DNA of 55,119 nt, counting the filler, from Diploschistes diacapsis (taxonomy: Eukaryota), in NCBI GenBank assembly GCA_023645945.1. It is 5 parts of 5 records of this genome, joined end to end, with 100 filler letters (N's around TTAATTAATTAA, not from the genome) between each part and the next. Parts side by side here need not be neighbours in the genome. Positions count along the whole stretch, not along the records: positions 33,164 to 44,097 come from JALAIB010000873.1; positions 44,198 to 55,119 come from JALAIB010000874.1; 3 more parts are not named here. One strand, 5' to 3'. Numbering within the stretch: the first letter of the stretch is position 1; the number at the start of each line of letters is the position of its first letter. The notes under the pieces are model-generated. The model saw only the letters and a program-made list of their open reading frames with translations. It was not told the DNA's origin and did not search any database. The position numbers and the translations under genes are program-made. Positions 33,164-45,658 of the stretch are shown here, one piece after another.

Positions 33164-36100
33164 CCCCAAACGCACCACCTCGCGCTCCGATCCGCCAGCA
33201 CCAGTCCCCTCCAAACCCCCTTCTCCCCAACCTTGATGATCGTCTCCCATGTCCCTCCTTCGTCCTGCAGGCCCCCCTCGATCTTGCGACTCAACCGCAG
33301 GATCTTGCCTCCGGGGGCTTGGATCGCCAGCTTGGCCGGCTTGTACTGTTGCTGCTGTTGCTTCCCGTCCTGGGCCATCTGGCCGGGGTGGTGAGGCTGG
33401 AAGTAGTTCATGGCCGAGGGGTTGGAGCCGGAAGCGGAGGAGGACGCCATGCTCATGGCCGAGCCCGGGCGGCCGAAGGGGACGGGCGATATCAGACCCG
33501 AGGGCGAGACGACGGAGCCGGGAGACGCGACGCCGCTCGCGCCGTTCGGATTCGGCGAGGTGGTGGGCCCCAAGCTTGAAGGATGCTGGCGCACGGAAAA
33601 GACGTAGGTGTTGTTTGCCGCAAGCCTCCTGCACTGCGGCTGCGCCACGTACAGATCGTGCCTCTGCGCGTGCGGCGTGGGGTGCCTCGTCAGGAATTCA
33701 AACGACGGATTCTCGCCCGTGTGGTACATCGGGATCGAGAGCGCCAGGGCGTGCGGATTGTCCTTGATGCTGTGCATGAGGCCGCGTCTGCCGGCGTAGA
33801 TGTTCAGCGTGCCTTGCCCTTCGTCGCCGGGAAGTGCGGCTTTGATCTTGTACCGCTTCGCGCCGTGCTTCCATTTTGTTTGCGCCAGCGCACGTTTGAC
33901 GATCTGCTCGCCCGATTCGTACAAGTCGCCCTCGGCGTCGCGCGCGAAGGCTCGAGCGGTGACTTCTGCATAGAGCTCCGTGTCCACAGGAACATCGAGG
34001 TGCAGGTGCATCAACTCGAGATTATCGAGGTAGAGGAGCGCGGTGGAATACTCTGTCAGGCGAAGATTGTTGCGGAAGTAAGGGGCCATTGCACACGGCA
34101 GAGCAAGGAGGATGGTCGGATCGATTGGTGGCACGATGCGCTGCTGCGCAGGATCGCTGGAGATGTGCGTGTAGCATGCTTCGAGCGGACGGGTGAGGAA
34201 GTAGAAGGATTCGGCTGTTACGTTGGAGGCGGAGGAGTAAAGAGGCCGTTTCGGGTTTGTAGGGGAGGCGAGACTGCAATCCATGATGCGCCATTCGCCA
34301 TCGACGAGTACGGCGTTCCACCAGTGGTTGGCGCGAGGATCGCTGGTTAGGTCAGGAAGCTCACCGGGTGGTTTGAGATAACCTTGTACAACTTCCGCGT
34401 GGAGGCCGACGGCTTGGCACATTTCCATAACCAGCACGGCGATCTCTTCGGAGCAGCCACGACGGCTTTGGATGATGCGACGAGTATCGATGTCTCCCTC
34501 AAAGTCCTCTTCCCAAGCTATCTTTTCGCTTACCCAGGTGAAGATGGCGCGGAAGCGTTGGACGTCGCTACGGTATGGACGGCAGACGTAGCCTTGAGAG
34601 AGGCTTATTGCGTTTGTCATTGGAGGAACGCTAGTGACAAAACGCGCCGACTTGTCGACGAGCTGTAGGTTGACTGCTTGGAAATCCGTGGGTTCTGAAA
34701 TCGGCATGCCGTCGATCCCTTCATCACCTTCGGCTGCCTCTTCAAGCAGGTCTATCGAATCCACCACTGGGTGATCGAGAAGTTGGCACCTCTCAATCCT
34801 TTCGTTACGTTCAATCCGGCTCAATGAATTCGAACGATTCACGTCGCGTCGGACTGCCATCCAATCCATTGCGCTGCTCCCATGACCATTGTTACCACCC
34901 ACAGCTCCTCCCAAGCCCATATCGCGCGCTGCACTGCTACCACCAGCTAAACTTGTCACGCCATTGGGCAGCAAGTTTTTGACCGGACTCCTGGGGACCT
35001 CCTGCCCCCCAGCGATGCTGTTCCTTGCATTAGCCGCGCCAGTCTTTGCGGTTTCGACCAATCGTTTCAGGAAACCGCTTCTCTTCGGCTTCAGGGATGA
35101 CCTCGTTTGTGTCAGCCCCCCCAAGTCGTTCCCAGACGCGTTCACACTACCAGCCCAAGCAGCATCCATGGCTGACGCTGGTCTTGCAGAGCCGTGACTC
35201 GAGTGATAGCTGATACCTGTCAATGGTGTTTGAGGGCGAGAAGTAGATGCGGTCGAAGCATCGTCTTTCCAAGCAGCAAATGCGCTTAGAGGCCTTGCCA
35301 TTCTTATGCTTCCCCAGCCACCTTTGCGTCTGGCCAAGCTACCAGCACTCGTTGCGCTCACACCTCCTGCAGAGGAGCCACTCATCAGGCTCTGACCTGT
35401 AACTTGTGTGCTTGTCGTACTATTGGTGCTTGTGCTTTGAGTTCCGTTGGAATTAATCGTTAACGTGGATTTTGTGGTCATTGTGCGGTCAATTGCTTCT
35501 CTTCCCAGGCTGAACATGGACCTGCGATTTTGCAGTCGACGACCCCCGGAGAAAGGTTGACTTTCCCTCGAAGACATAGGTCTTTGATATTGCGGTTGCG
35601 CCTTGAGTGGAACAGGAGGTGGGCCCATATCACCAATTGTGCGATTTAGATACTGAGGCTCTCCTTCCATACCGCGGAGCCGCTCCTCCATTTTATCCAC
35701 ATAGCTACCGGCGCTCATGCCAGGCTCGCTAGCAACAGCTCGACTATGAGCGTTGTCATTATATTGTCTGCTGGAATCAAGATCCTGATCATTTGTAACG
35801 CCAAGTCCGATCGAGGATTGTGGTCTCCCATGTCTCCTCTGGGAATTTTGACGAACTTGTTCGAACTCTTCCGGTGACCAAGGGTCAAAATTCGAAGGTT
35901 CACTTTCTTGACCCATTCCCATATCATTTAGTGAGCACATGACATCCTCCATTGCATCACGAAGTGGTGAAGGAGTAAGTGCATGGCCTCCAGGGGAGCG
36001 TGGTATGGGCGACTGACCCCTTGATATTGTAGGGTAACGATCGTTCATCGAAGGAGCTGGCGAAGGTGTTCGAGGCGGAGGCTGGTTGTATGCGACTCGA

Positions 36101-36876
36101 TGAGGCGGCGGAGGGGGTGGAGGGGAAGAGCCGCCATCAGGTGATGGGATAACTGATGGCTGTCGGGATATATCCGGGTGTACCGGGGTAGGAGAAGGCG
36201 CTCTTGAGGAATATTGTGGATACTGTTGGTACGTGTTGTATCCATTCTGTAAGAAACTATTCTGTCTCGAAGGGACATAATCGTCATTTCCCGAATAACT
36301 GTTCTGCCTCGAGAGAAATTGGTCGTCACTTGCCAAAAAGCTGTTTTGCCTCGACGGTGAGTTGCTGTGACTCTGATTATGACTATGCAGGTAGCTATTT
36401 CGTCGCGAGATTTCTCGATCGTCATTCTGCAAATAGCTGTTCTGACGCGAAGGAGCCTGAGTGGTTTTTGGTGGGCGAACCTTTTGCGACACTGGCTTCA
36501 GGGGTTGAGGCTTGGGCTCTTCGGCCTTTGGCATAGGAGCTGCATAAGCCTGGTATGGCTTTCGGAACATGCTCTTTTGTTTTTGGGGTGACGGACTTGG
36601 TTCTTTGGAGGCACTACTGGGCATTGGGCTTGTAGCTCGTGTCATAGGTCGAAAGTTCTCGTCCAGGACCTTGACAAAGTTCGAGGGAAACAATCCCATT
36701 GCTCGCCGGTCCCTGTGCAATCTGCCCATCCACCAAGATCCATCCCCTGCGTTGAGGCATTCGATGAGATCGCCCTCTACAAATCCCAGATCTTTTTTGG
36801 TTTCTCCTCCCCATGAGTATACCGCTCGGCACCAGCAAGGAAATCGCATGGGTAGGCCTGGTGCGACCGCAGCCAT
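33164..36876 (-). CDS. CYK3: Cytokinesis protein Cyk3 (N-terminal SH3, transglutaminase-like domain); last few codons lost at gap
   Basis: RAVYSWGGETKKDLGFVEGDLIE...GLFPSNFV; RAIFTWVSE...HWWNAVLVDGEWRIMDCSLA; GVWRGLVLADRSARWCV. Confidence 0.93.
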
Positions 36877-38410
36877 CTCTGTTAAAGCTTAAAGCACAGG
36901 TCTATTCAAGATCGATGTCGATTTTAAAGTCATGTGTTCGAAATGTCGTAGAAGAGAACAATTAGACTCTAAGTTGACAGGAGATTAGTCTGTTTACTTC
37001 CTAACCACACGAGCGCTTGACGAAGCAAAAGACAATAAACGATAGTATGCAATGTCTATGGCGCGCAAAGTCGAGGATCTCCTCAAATGAATGAAATGAG
37101 TGGCAACAGACTCCCGCTGGAGATGCAGTTAAGCTTGACGTCGAGTTGTAAGGAGGCTTGCGAATGATCTTTTGTTTACTTTTAGTTGATACTCGCTTCC
37201 AAGTTTCTGCCACGGGCTTGGCAACTCTTGGCGCCGCTGCGCACGGATCATGGTGCCAGCAGTTCAATCATGTAGGGCTGAAGCTCACAACTCCAACTCC
37301 AAGTCTCAAATCTATACAACCTAATCTGGTCTATTCAGAACCGCGTACTATTAACCTCAGCTGTACCTATAAATCGGCACTAGTTTTTAAGGCATGCCCC
37401 CTGCTATACTTTACAAGACATGTCTCAGGTTGTTGCTACCATCACTAGCTCCGTAATGGCCACCCTTTATACACCTTTTTCAGGCGCCAGGAGGCTGTCC
37501 ACGAGGTTATCCACGAGGCTACCAACCACACCCAAGCCCACTCACTGCACCTGAAGACAACCATAAAGCAGATATGCTTCTGTACAGTGGATAGTTGCTG
37601 TTGGCCGGTTGCTAGAACCAAACCCATGATTAAGAAAATGGCAAAACTGTGCCTGCGAACGTCCTATCTCGCAGTCAAAGCTGCAAGCCTCCTCCATATG
37701 GCTTAATTCAACCACAAGTCACGCTGATGACGATGTTTTCATATAATTTGGCTCTCATTACTCCTCTTTTTTGTATAGCGAAATTGTCCTTCCATAATCC
37801 TGTACGCGCCTCCGCGCTGTCGTCCAGTCTATTTCGGGCCAGGAGTTTCTCCAACAATATGTACATACTCTTAAAGAAAACAAAGTGATACTTATTGTTC
37901 GGTCACTGATAATCTTCAGTACTCTGGGAACAGCGTGGTGTAGGTACATCCGTATAGCCAATCAAGAGAAGTTGCTAATTCAACCCACAGGTGGCTGACA
38001 CATCGAACTGGAACACAAGATGAGGGTTTTGGAAATGTGTCAACAGAGAGCGGAGCCCTAGGCAAAAACCGCTTCCTGATATCTTCGTCGATGATTGTAG
38101 CTTGGGTCATCTCTATTGGATCACTCGCCCGTTACTCCTCAATGAGCTCCACGACGCCTATAGTCGTGAAAACTACGTTCAGAAAGACTGAGAGTCGCTA
38201 AAACACACTTGCAAATTACTATCATGACTAATTAAAGATACAAACGGGATTATGGTATCATGCTGTGCTATGCTAACATCAGTGCCTTGTCAAAGATCAC
38301 GCAAAACCCCGCCCACTCTATGTCCTATAAATGCTTGACCCCCCAAACCTCTGAGTTCCATGACTCGGGGCATTCATATGCGACAGACCTTATAAATGTT
38401 AATCGCCAAA

Positions 38411-40466
38411 TCACGCTTCCATCAATATCTTCCAAAGCGCCTCAGGTTCTTGGTACACATGCCCAATAACATTAACCAACCAGCATTGCTCCCTGCAACT
38501 CCTAATTATCTTTCTACTCTCGCTGTCAACGGCATAGCACCTTTCCCATTCCCTCCAAATACCAAAGGCTTCCTCCACCCACGCCCGGAAACTCATCTCC
38601 TCAATGATCGTCGGTGTTACGATTTCTTTGCCTGGAAACGAGCCCCACGTAACGCTATCTACCGAGCTCGCAGGCGAGCTGGACTCAAAGGCCGTCTGTG
38701 GCACGGAGTGTGCGATGCCATTCTGCATCACCTCTAGTGATCCATTTGCGCCAAGAAATGAGGAGCTTCCCGTCTTCACCTCCGGATTTGCAGCGGCGTA
38801 CCACGATACCTTCTCTTTCACTCCGGGCTTAGTGAGACACGGTTTCAGCACCTCGCGCCAGTCTTTCTCGGGAATCCAAAACTCCACAAACGCCTTCTGA
38901 AACACGAATCCGCCTTTAGGACCCCATCCAAAAACTTGATCCGAGCTCATGACCCCGTCGGCCGCCGGCTGCGACGCTATGCTCCACCAACCTCTTTTTT
39001 CAATCAACCTGCATAACTGCTTTTCGATGACTCTCGTTTCCGCATTGAGTGGGCCTTCGCTCCAGGGAAGCTGGTCCAGCTCCCCTCTGAGATGGCGCAG
39101 GAAGAGCTTGCTCAAATCCGAGCGCGAGATTGGGTAGCCCCATTTTGCCCGCGCATCAGAAGGCGAAAGGTGAAGCGAGGGGCCATACCCATCAATCTCT
39201 CCGAAGGCAGGGGAACGTGCATCCCCAAAGCGGCCGTTGGGGTAGTCGTCCCAGGTGGCTTCACGGCCGAGGGAGCCAATGCCGTGCATTATTGCTATAT
39301 CCGTCGCGCGGGATGGAGGAGATGAAGAGCTTGACGTGCGGAGAGGGGTCGTTGTGTGGTTGTGGGGGGATGAAGGACGTCGTGAGGTTGGACGGAGAGA
39401 GATATTGTGTGTGCCTTTTGTAAGCGAGGCATATTCTGAGTCTTCTATTGCAGCTGACCGGCCAATGTCTTCGTCATACTGAGGGATCAGATTGCATTTC
39501 TCAAGAACGAGGGAGACGACTTTTTCGAGGTTGAGCGTGAAAAAATGAAAGCCTCGTTGGTGGGGTGAGGGAGTAGACTTGATTTTGCTGACTATGGAGC
39601 TGAGTACATTGACACCAACTTGCTTGACGCTTTCGTCGTCACTTCTCACAGCCATCAGCTTCTCTAAAATGTCCTTTGGCACTTTTGCATGGCTTAGGTC
39701 TGTCGTGCGCTTGAGCACAGCAAAGCTCTGGATAGGCATGAGACCAGGGATGATTAGCAGGTCCTTCATTGCGCCGCCTTTCCATTCTCTCACTAGCCTC
39801 TCATACGAGAGAAATGCCAGTTCGTCGAAGAAGAGCTGTGTCATGGTGAAGTCTGCGCCGGCCTGAACCTTCTCCAGTAGAAACGGCATGTCATCCTGTG
39901 GATCTTGCTGCGCTGGATGCGATTCATCTGAATGTCCCTCTGGATACCCAGCCACACCAATGCAGAAATAATCTCCGTACTCTTTCCTGATATAACGAAC
40001 TAAATCAGCCGCGGACTTGAAGTCTTCTGATCCTTCGAAGTCTTGGCTATCGATCCTGTACTCGTCTTCCCTCGGCGGATCACCACGAAGTGCTAGTATG
40101 TTTTGTATGCCCAGCTCTTTCGCAGTTTGCAAAGTCACGTCGATGATCTTCTTACCCATATTTGTACAAGTTAGATGCAGGCATGTTGTCAGGCCCAGTT
40201 GTTGCTGACATATTTCAGCGAGCTCGAGCGATCGACTTGCGGTGCTGCCTCCGGCTCCCCAGGTCACAGTCACAAAGAGCGGACGAAGAGCTCTTGACAT
40301 GCGAGAGAGGCGATATTGCAGGTTGGAGAAGCCCTAGTTCCATTACTTATAATCTGCTAAGTAAAGTTCACTTTCTTACAATGTCCGTTTTAGGAGGGAA
40401 GAACTCTAATGAAAAGTAATTGGCGCTTGGGGATAAAGCATTGATCTTGACAGTGATCTTGTCCAT
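38411..40466 (-). CDS. MET12: Methylenetetrahydrofolate reductase, Met12-type paralogue (1 intron near 5' end)
   Basis: MDKIT...FSLEFFPPKT|GFSNL, FVTVTWGAGG, HLTCTN, LALRGDPP, AGYPEGH, regulatory domain WDDYPNGRFGDARSPAFGE. Confidence 0.93.
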
Positions 40467-40610
40467 AGCTGTCGGCATTTGACCCACCTTAGAGCTCATT
40501 TTTGTAGTCTTTCAAGAGCAGCTATGTATAGTCAGATGCCATGGAGGAAAAAATCCATCATTGCACGTTTCTCAAAGCTCCATCAGGGCTCTAAACACGC
40601 AATTCGCGCC

Positions 40611-40673
40611 TGACGTCATTCCTACTTGATCCGGTTATCGTTATCTAATCAAAACCCTGATTCAGTCACGTGA
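40611..40673. promoter_or_regulatory. bZIP palindrome TGACGTCA (40611-40618) and E-box TCACGTGA (40666-40673) upstream of MTHFR
   Basis: Both palindromes read directly, 145-207 nt upstream of the ATG; function inferred. Confidence 0.5.
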
Positions 40674-41686
40674 GCATACACTTGCTGCCCGTTTTGCTTT
40701 CAAGGAATACGCTCATCAGAACTCTCGTAATGATTGGGCTCATGCGAAGGGCAAACAGTGCCTAACTGGGAACGAGATCATAACTGTATCTTGGACTTTA
40801 TACGCGTTCCTGCTTTTACCATTGGAGCCCCTTTGAATCTCCACACTCCACCTAGTAAGGAAGATGTATGGAACATTGGCAGTCACACGCTAGGAAGTAG
40901 CTCTGCTAAGTAACTCCTGACCATAGTAGTTTGGCCTGATAGCAGGAGCCGATATGATTGCTACGTGATGTTCAGCTGTTCTGAACGGCTTAAAGTACGA
41001 TGCATCCTACATCCCCCCTGCACTCTGTAATACTCGGTGGTGCATTGTATATCTTCATAGCAGGGTAGGATGCTAGCAAATGAGAATTTAATAGTAATTT
41101 AATGATATAGTGACTACCATTTATAATGCGTTGGACTGAGTGGCAGCTTCCCTTCCATATGACTGGGGAAGGAAAGACCTCTCTGGCGACACCAAGGTGC
41201 ATATGACCAAGAAGACAGATATTGGAGAGAGAAGACCCGAATCAGACGGGCCCAAGTCGGAATTCGTGGGAAGGAGATTTGTAAGGTGGTTTTCTTGAAA
41301 TGAGCGATATATATTATCATAATAAGCTCATGATATTAACTATTGAACACGGCCACACCGGGTGGTTCAAGTCAAACTCAGACACGACACTGAAATGCAA
41401 TGTGCCTGGTTCAATCCCCCTCTGACTAAGTTAATGAAAATGACTTAGTACCAAACAACAAGCTGATGATCAGCCTCCTCTCTTTTAGGGGTAAGGTTTT
41501 GCCATTCTCGATTTCTTCTTCTTCTTTGGTATTAGAGTCTGCATAGCATTTATACAGTATGTAAATATCCAGTCGAGAATAGCATACTGTACGGTCCCCA
41601 GAGGATCAGATAACGAAGCAAGGATTACTACTGTCAATGGCAAGATCTTAATTCTCTACCTCTTCAGTCCGGATATGTAACAAGGC

Positions 41687-43239
41687 CTACTTATCCGGCT
41701 CGTACAGTCTCGCGAATCCAAGATCTTCCAAGTCCCTTGCATCTACACTCTCCATTAATGATGTTTCTTGGCTTTCTGCCTCCTTATTCATTTGATCATT
41801 CAACGTCCTAGTGGTAAGGCTCTCACTCCTGGGCCTACCTGAGTGCGGGTTTCGATTTAAAGGTTGAAATGGCGCTTTGTTCAATTTCTTGGGCGCTGCA
41901 CCTTGGGAGGTCTGGTAGCCACGTATCCTACAAAGCATTAAAGAAACGTACGCAAAGCGTTGTTCACATACCGAGGCCCTTGCCCTTTAAATTCGGGAAA
42001 ACGATCCTCGTACATCTTCGCAAAGTCCTCCACGCAGTTTTCAAAATCACCACGAGCGATGCTTTCCCGTACGCCTTGGAAAAAGTCGTCGATCACATGG
42101 TGGTTGTGGATCTGAAGTAGCACCCAGGCAAGCATTTCCTTTGCAGACAACAAATGTTGAACATAAGCTCGGTGGTGGCAACGACAAGCATAGCACTTGC
42201 AATCTTCTTGCAATGGTAAGAGACTTCGGGAATGTAAGGGCTGCCACATATCGGCCCCAAGAGGTAGCCGTCCATGCCCAGTATCCGACACTGGAAACCG
42301 AAACGTGAAAGCAATCCCAGCTTCTGATGCTGCGGTGATGAATGGTAAGGTGAAAAGGTCAATTCCAAGACTAATTGACCGCAGGATCTGATGCGGAGAG
42401 CGAGGCCTGTAAAAGCTTATTCTTGGTAAGCCTTGCATGTTGCTTGGTACGCTCGATATGCTATTTTCGTCATATAGAACGACTCCGCCAAAGCCAGACT
42501 GTGCATTGTCTTCAAGATGCTCGATGTAGCTTTTCTGGACTTCGGGCTCGATTGGGAGAATTGGTACCCAAATCGTGCTGGTAGGCTTCCCTAACCGTCT
42601 TGCACCCTCTATTTCAGCTTGCAGACCGCGTAACCAAGCAGTAGACCTTTCAACCATATTTCCTTGGCTCTTTTGTCCTGGTGTCATGCGACCAGACCCC
42701 AAGTCTACAGGAGCAATAACAACATCAGGTCTCAATTTACTAGCAGCTTCGATATAGCTGGATATCTCCAACATTCGAAATCCTACTGACGTAGAAATAC
42801 TAATGGCAGTGGGACTGTTGGGGGAAGAGCCAGGGATAGGGGGCAGCCGTCGCGGTCCAAGGATGAGAAGGGCATTCTGCTGTAATGCGACGAAGCGTCG
42901 CAAAGGCGATTCTGTAGCCAAGCATGGAATTGCGGTAATTGGGGAAGGTTTCGGGAGGTGCTCTGCATCTTTCTAGCCCGCCGGAGCGAAAATGTTAGCA
43001 GCAGATATGGTTCCTGTATTCCTATACATACAGTCTTCGAATGCTACGTAGAGGCTACTTAATGCTGTCTCACTCTGCATCATGTCTGGGGTTATGTGCG
43101 GCACGCATCCTCGAGAACTAATCCCGATGTAGTGGGGTGTCCGGATTGGTCGTCGACGTTGACCTGTGTACTCGAGTCGACCCAGGCGAGCTTCAGTGCC
43201 TGAGAAAGCAGAACTCTGAATCGCAAACATAGTCTCCAT
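41687..43239 (-). CDS. QTRT2: Queuine tRNA-ribosyltransferase accessory subunit (2 introns)
   Basis: ARLGRL...IRTPHYIGISSRGCVPHITPD; SPHQILRSISLGIDLF; zinc site CKCYAC..HHRAYVQHLLSAKEMLAWVLLQIHNHH; GQGPR|IRGYQ. Confidence 0.9.
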
Positions 43240-43565
43240 CTGTCTGGCAAATCGCCACGGCGAGAGAGGAGCGAAGATGGTGGTGGGCCACAGGAGATAT
43301 GGTATATTGTTACCGCAAGACCATGAGTAGGGGGGCTTTTTACAATGCATATACGAATTAAATAAATGCTGACATGATTGATAGATTGTAGGCGCTAGTA
43401 GATATCTCGACACCAACGCTAAACTCAATCAAGGAGGCTCACCAAAGGTCATTTGCAGATTGTCCATTTCATGAATGCCCTTCAAGCTTGTTCATTTGCT
43501 CTATCGGCTTATTTTAGCATCTCGCTGCTGCCTCTGGCTCCTCACTAGCAATATACTACCGTCCC

Positions 43566-44097
43566 TCATCCTCTTCCTCCCAACTTCCTTATCCAAGCAT
43601 CAGCATAATCCGTCTCCCATCTCCCCTCTTCCTTCCTCATCCCCCTCGCAATCTGCCTCTGCCTAAGCGCTGTCCTTTCCTCCTCCCACTCCCTCCTTCG
43701 CACCGCCCACTTTTCCTTCTTCCTCCACAGGTCCAGCACCTCGTGCAGCACCTCTTCCCTAGCCCTCGCATCTCTCCCCTCGTCCTTCCCGCCGTCCGCA
43801 TCGTCCGGCAGTGAAGGCACATACCCGTCGACAAACTTCCGAAAGGCATCCCGCTTACCCATACGTGCCCTGTCGTTGTGCTTCAGGTCCGCGCGCTTGT
43901 ACCAGCGCTTGCGGAAGAAGCGCGAGCGCGTCGCAAAGGCGTACATTGCTTCCAGGGACGGGAACTGCCTGCTTTGCGCCACCAGGACACTAGCCTCTCC
44001 TTTACTCCCTGCGCTCGCCTTCTCTGTCACTAGAGCCTTACCCGCGGCAGAAGTACTAGTCGCAGCACCATCACTCTTCCCACCTCCGCCCCCACCC
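43566..44097 (-). CDS. 3' part of an unidentified protein (5' end lost at gap)
   Basis: Frame is open from the gap to the stop at 43566, with protein-like segment QFPSLEAMYAFATRSRFFRKRWYKR...DAFRKFVDGYVP; no family recognised. Confidence 0.55.
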
Positions 44098-44197
44098 NNN
44101 NNNNNNNNNNNNNNNNNNNNNNNNNNNNNNNNNNNNNNNNNTTAATTAATTAANNNNNNNNNNNNNNNNNNNNNNNNNNNNNNNNNNNNNNNNNNNN
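44098..44197. other. Artificial contig linker
   Basis: N44-TTAATTAATTAA-N44. Confidence 0.99.
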
Positions 44198-44429
44198 TTC
44201 CTGGGGGGCGGTAGATGGAGGGACAAGGGGGAGCAGATATCTGGGGTGGGTACGATGAAATCGGGCACGGTGAAAAAGGAAGCGGGGTGGAGTCGACCGA
44301 GTTCTTCTTCGCTTCTGATATATACCTTACCTTGATTATTTTCTCTCTCTCTCCTTTTTTTTTGGATTTAGCTTTCTGGGGCGTTGGGATGCGAAACGAT
44401 TGCGCTCGCCCTGTAGGACGGCACAGCTC

Positions 44430-45035
44430 GCCTTGGACTTAACTTGACTTAACTTGACCTAGCTTGGCTTGGCTTGGCTTGGCTTGGACCAGCACTCCGG
44501 GGAGCGAGGGAACGGGAACGAGAAAGTAGTGGCGCCGCGGGGGGGGCAGCGGCAGGAAACCGACATGGATGAGTCGAGGAAGTTATGTAGGGTAGCGGTA
44601 ATCGAAACCATCCATCAATCAATCAATCAACCAACCAACAAGCCACTATCAACCACAGAGCACACGGGCCTGGCGATGGCCGAGATGCATGGCGCGCTCG
44701 GGGTACAGAAAATGTCGTGGTGATAAGTACAAGCGGGCGGATGGGGGGGGGGTTCCGCTAACTAACGGGCCTTGGGGGAGTTGCCGTGGCTATGTGCATG
44801 TGTGAGTGAGTTGCGTGTGTAGAGAGGCCCCTGGTCGTAGTAGCACGTGCCGTGGCTGCGCTCCTTTTTCCTTTTTTTTTGTCTCCCCTTTCTCCCCCTT
44901 TTTTTTTTTTAAACAATGATAGCAGGGCGAAGGTGAAAGAGTTGGACGAAGTTTTTAGGAGAAGAAAAGCAGTAGTAGCAGCAGGCGAAAGTGATAGCGC
45001 AAGGGCCACGCGCCATGCCATGCCATGCCATTCCA
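44430..45035. repeat. Cluster of short microsatellites: (CTTGA/CTTAA)n, (CTTGG)n, (ATCA)n/(ACCA)n, poly-T, (GCCAT)n
   Basis: Read directly at about 44437-44488, 44610-44640, 44865-44910, 45012-45037. Confidence 0.85.
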
Positions 45036-45658
45036 TGCCCCGGAGTCCGAGAGAAAAATACGACGAGCAACTTGGGACTTTCCGCATGCACAAGGGAGGG
45101 TGGGGGCAACTAGTCAGTGTATGTAATAATGGGGGGCTTTTTTTTATATCGCTTGCTCCTGCTGCTTTCAAGCTTTCGTCTCAAATCTCCAATTAATTCA
45201 TTAATTCATCTCGCAAAGCAAATTCGCCCGAGCTGTTCCAATCTCGCCCCCGTAGCACTCTTCAAAACCAATCTGTCAAATCCAAGAAGCAAATAGTAAG
45301 CCGTCTGTCGTGAAGTAAGGGGGGTATTATCTAAGTATGTCCGTAAATGATAATAACAGTGTATATGGTCTGGTGCTTGGTGAAGGGGGGGTGGTGGGAA
45401 CTCATTTTTGATAACCGTACATGCCTTCAGGAGTGCAGCGCTGGTAGCTGGGAACTGGGCGCATGTTGCAAGCTGTAGCACTTGAGAAGGTAGTCAAGTG
45501 GTGAGTGGTGGTATTCTGCTCGAGTATGCGGATCGGCTTCCAGAGGTATCGTGGGGCGCTTGGGCATCCAAGCACCCGTCATACGTGTTTCGCAAGCCTC
45601 CAGCTCTACCAGTACAGGTCGCTATCGTTCGGGGTAGTCTGTGCCAAGTTGTGAGACT

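Noticed and set aside
33249..34350. Long plus-strand ORFs opposite CYK3
   Set aside because: Antisense shadows expected in GC-rich coding DNA
2912..43239. ELP3 and QTRT2 as a tRNA wobble-modification cluster
   Set aside because: They lie on different contigs joined artificially by size order
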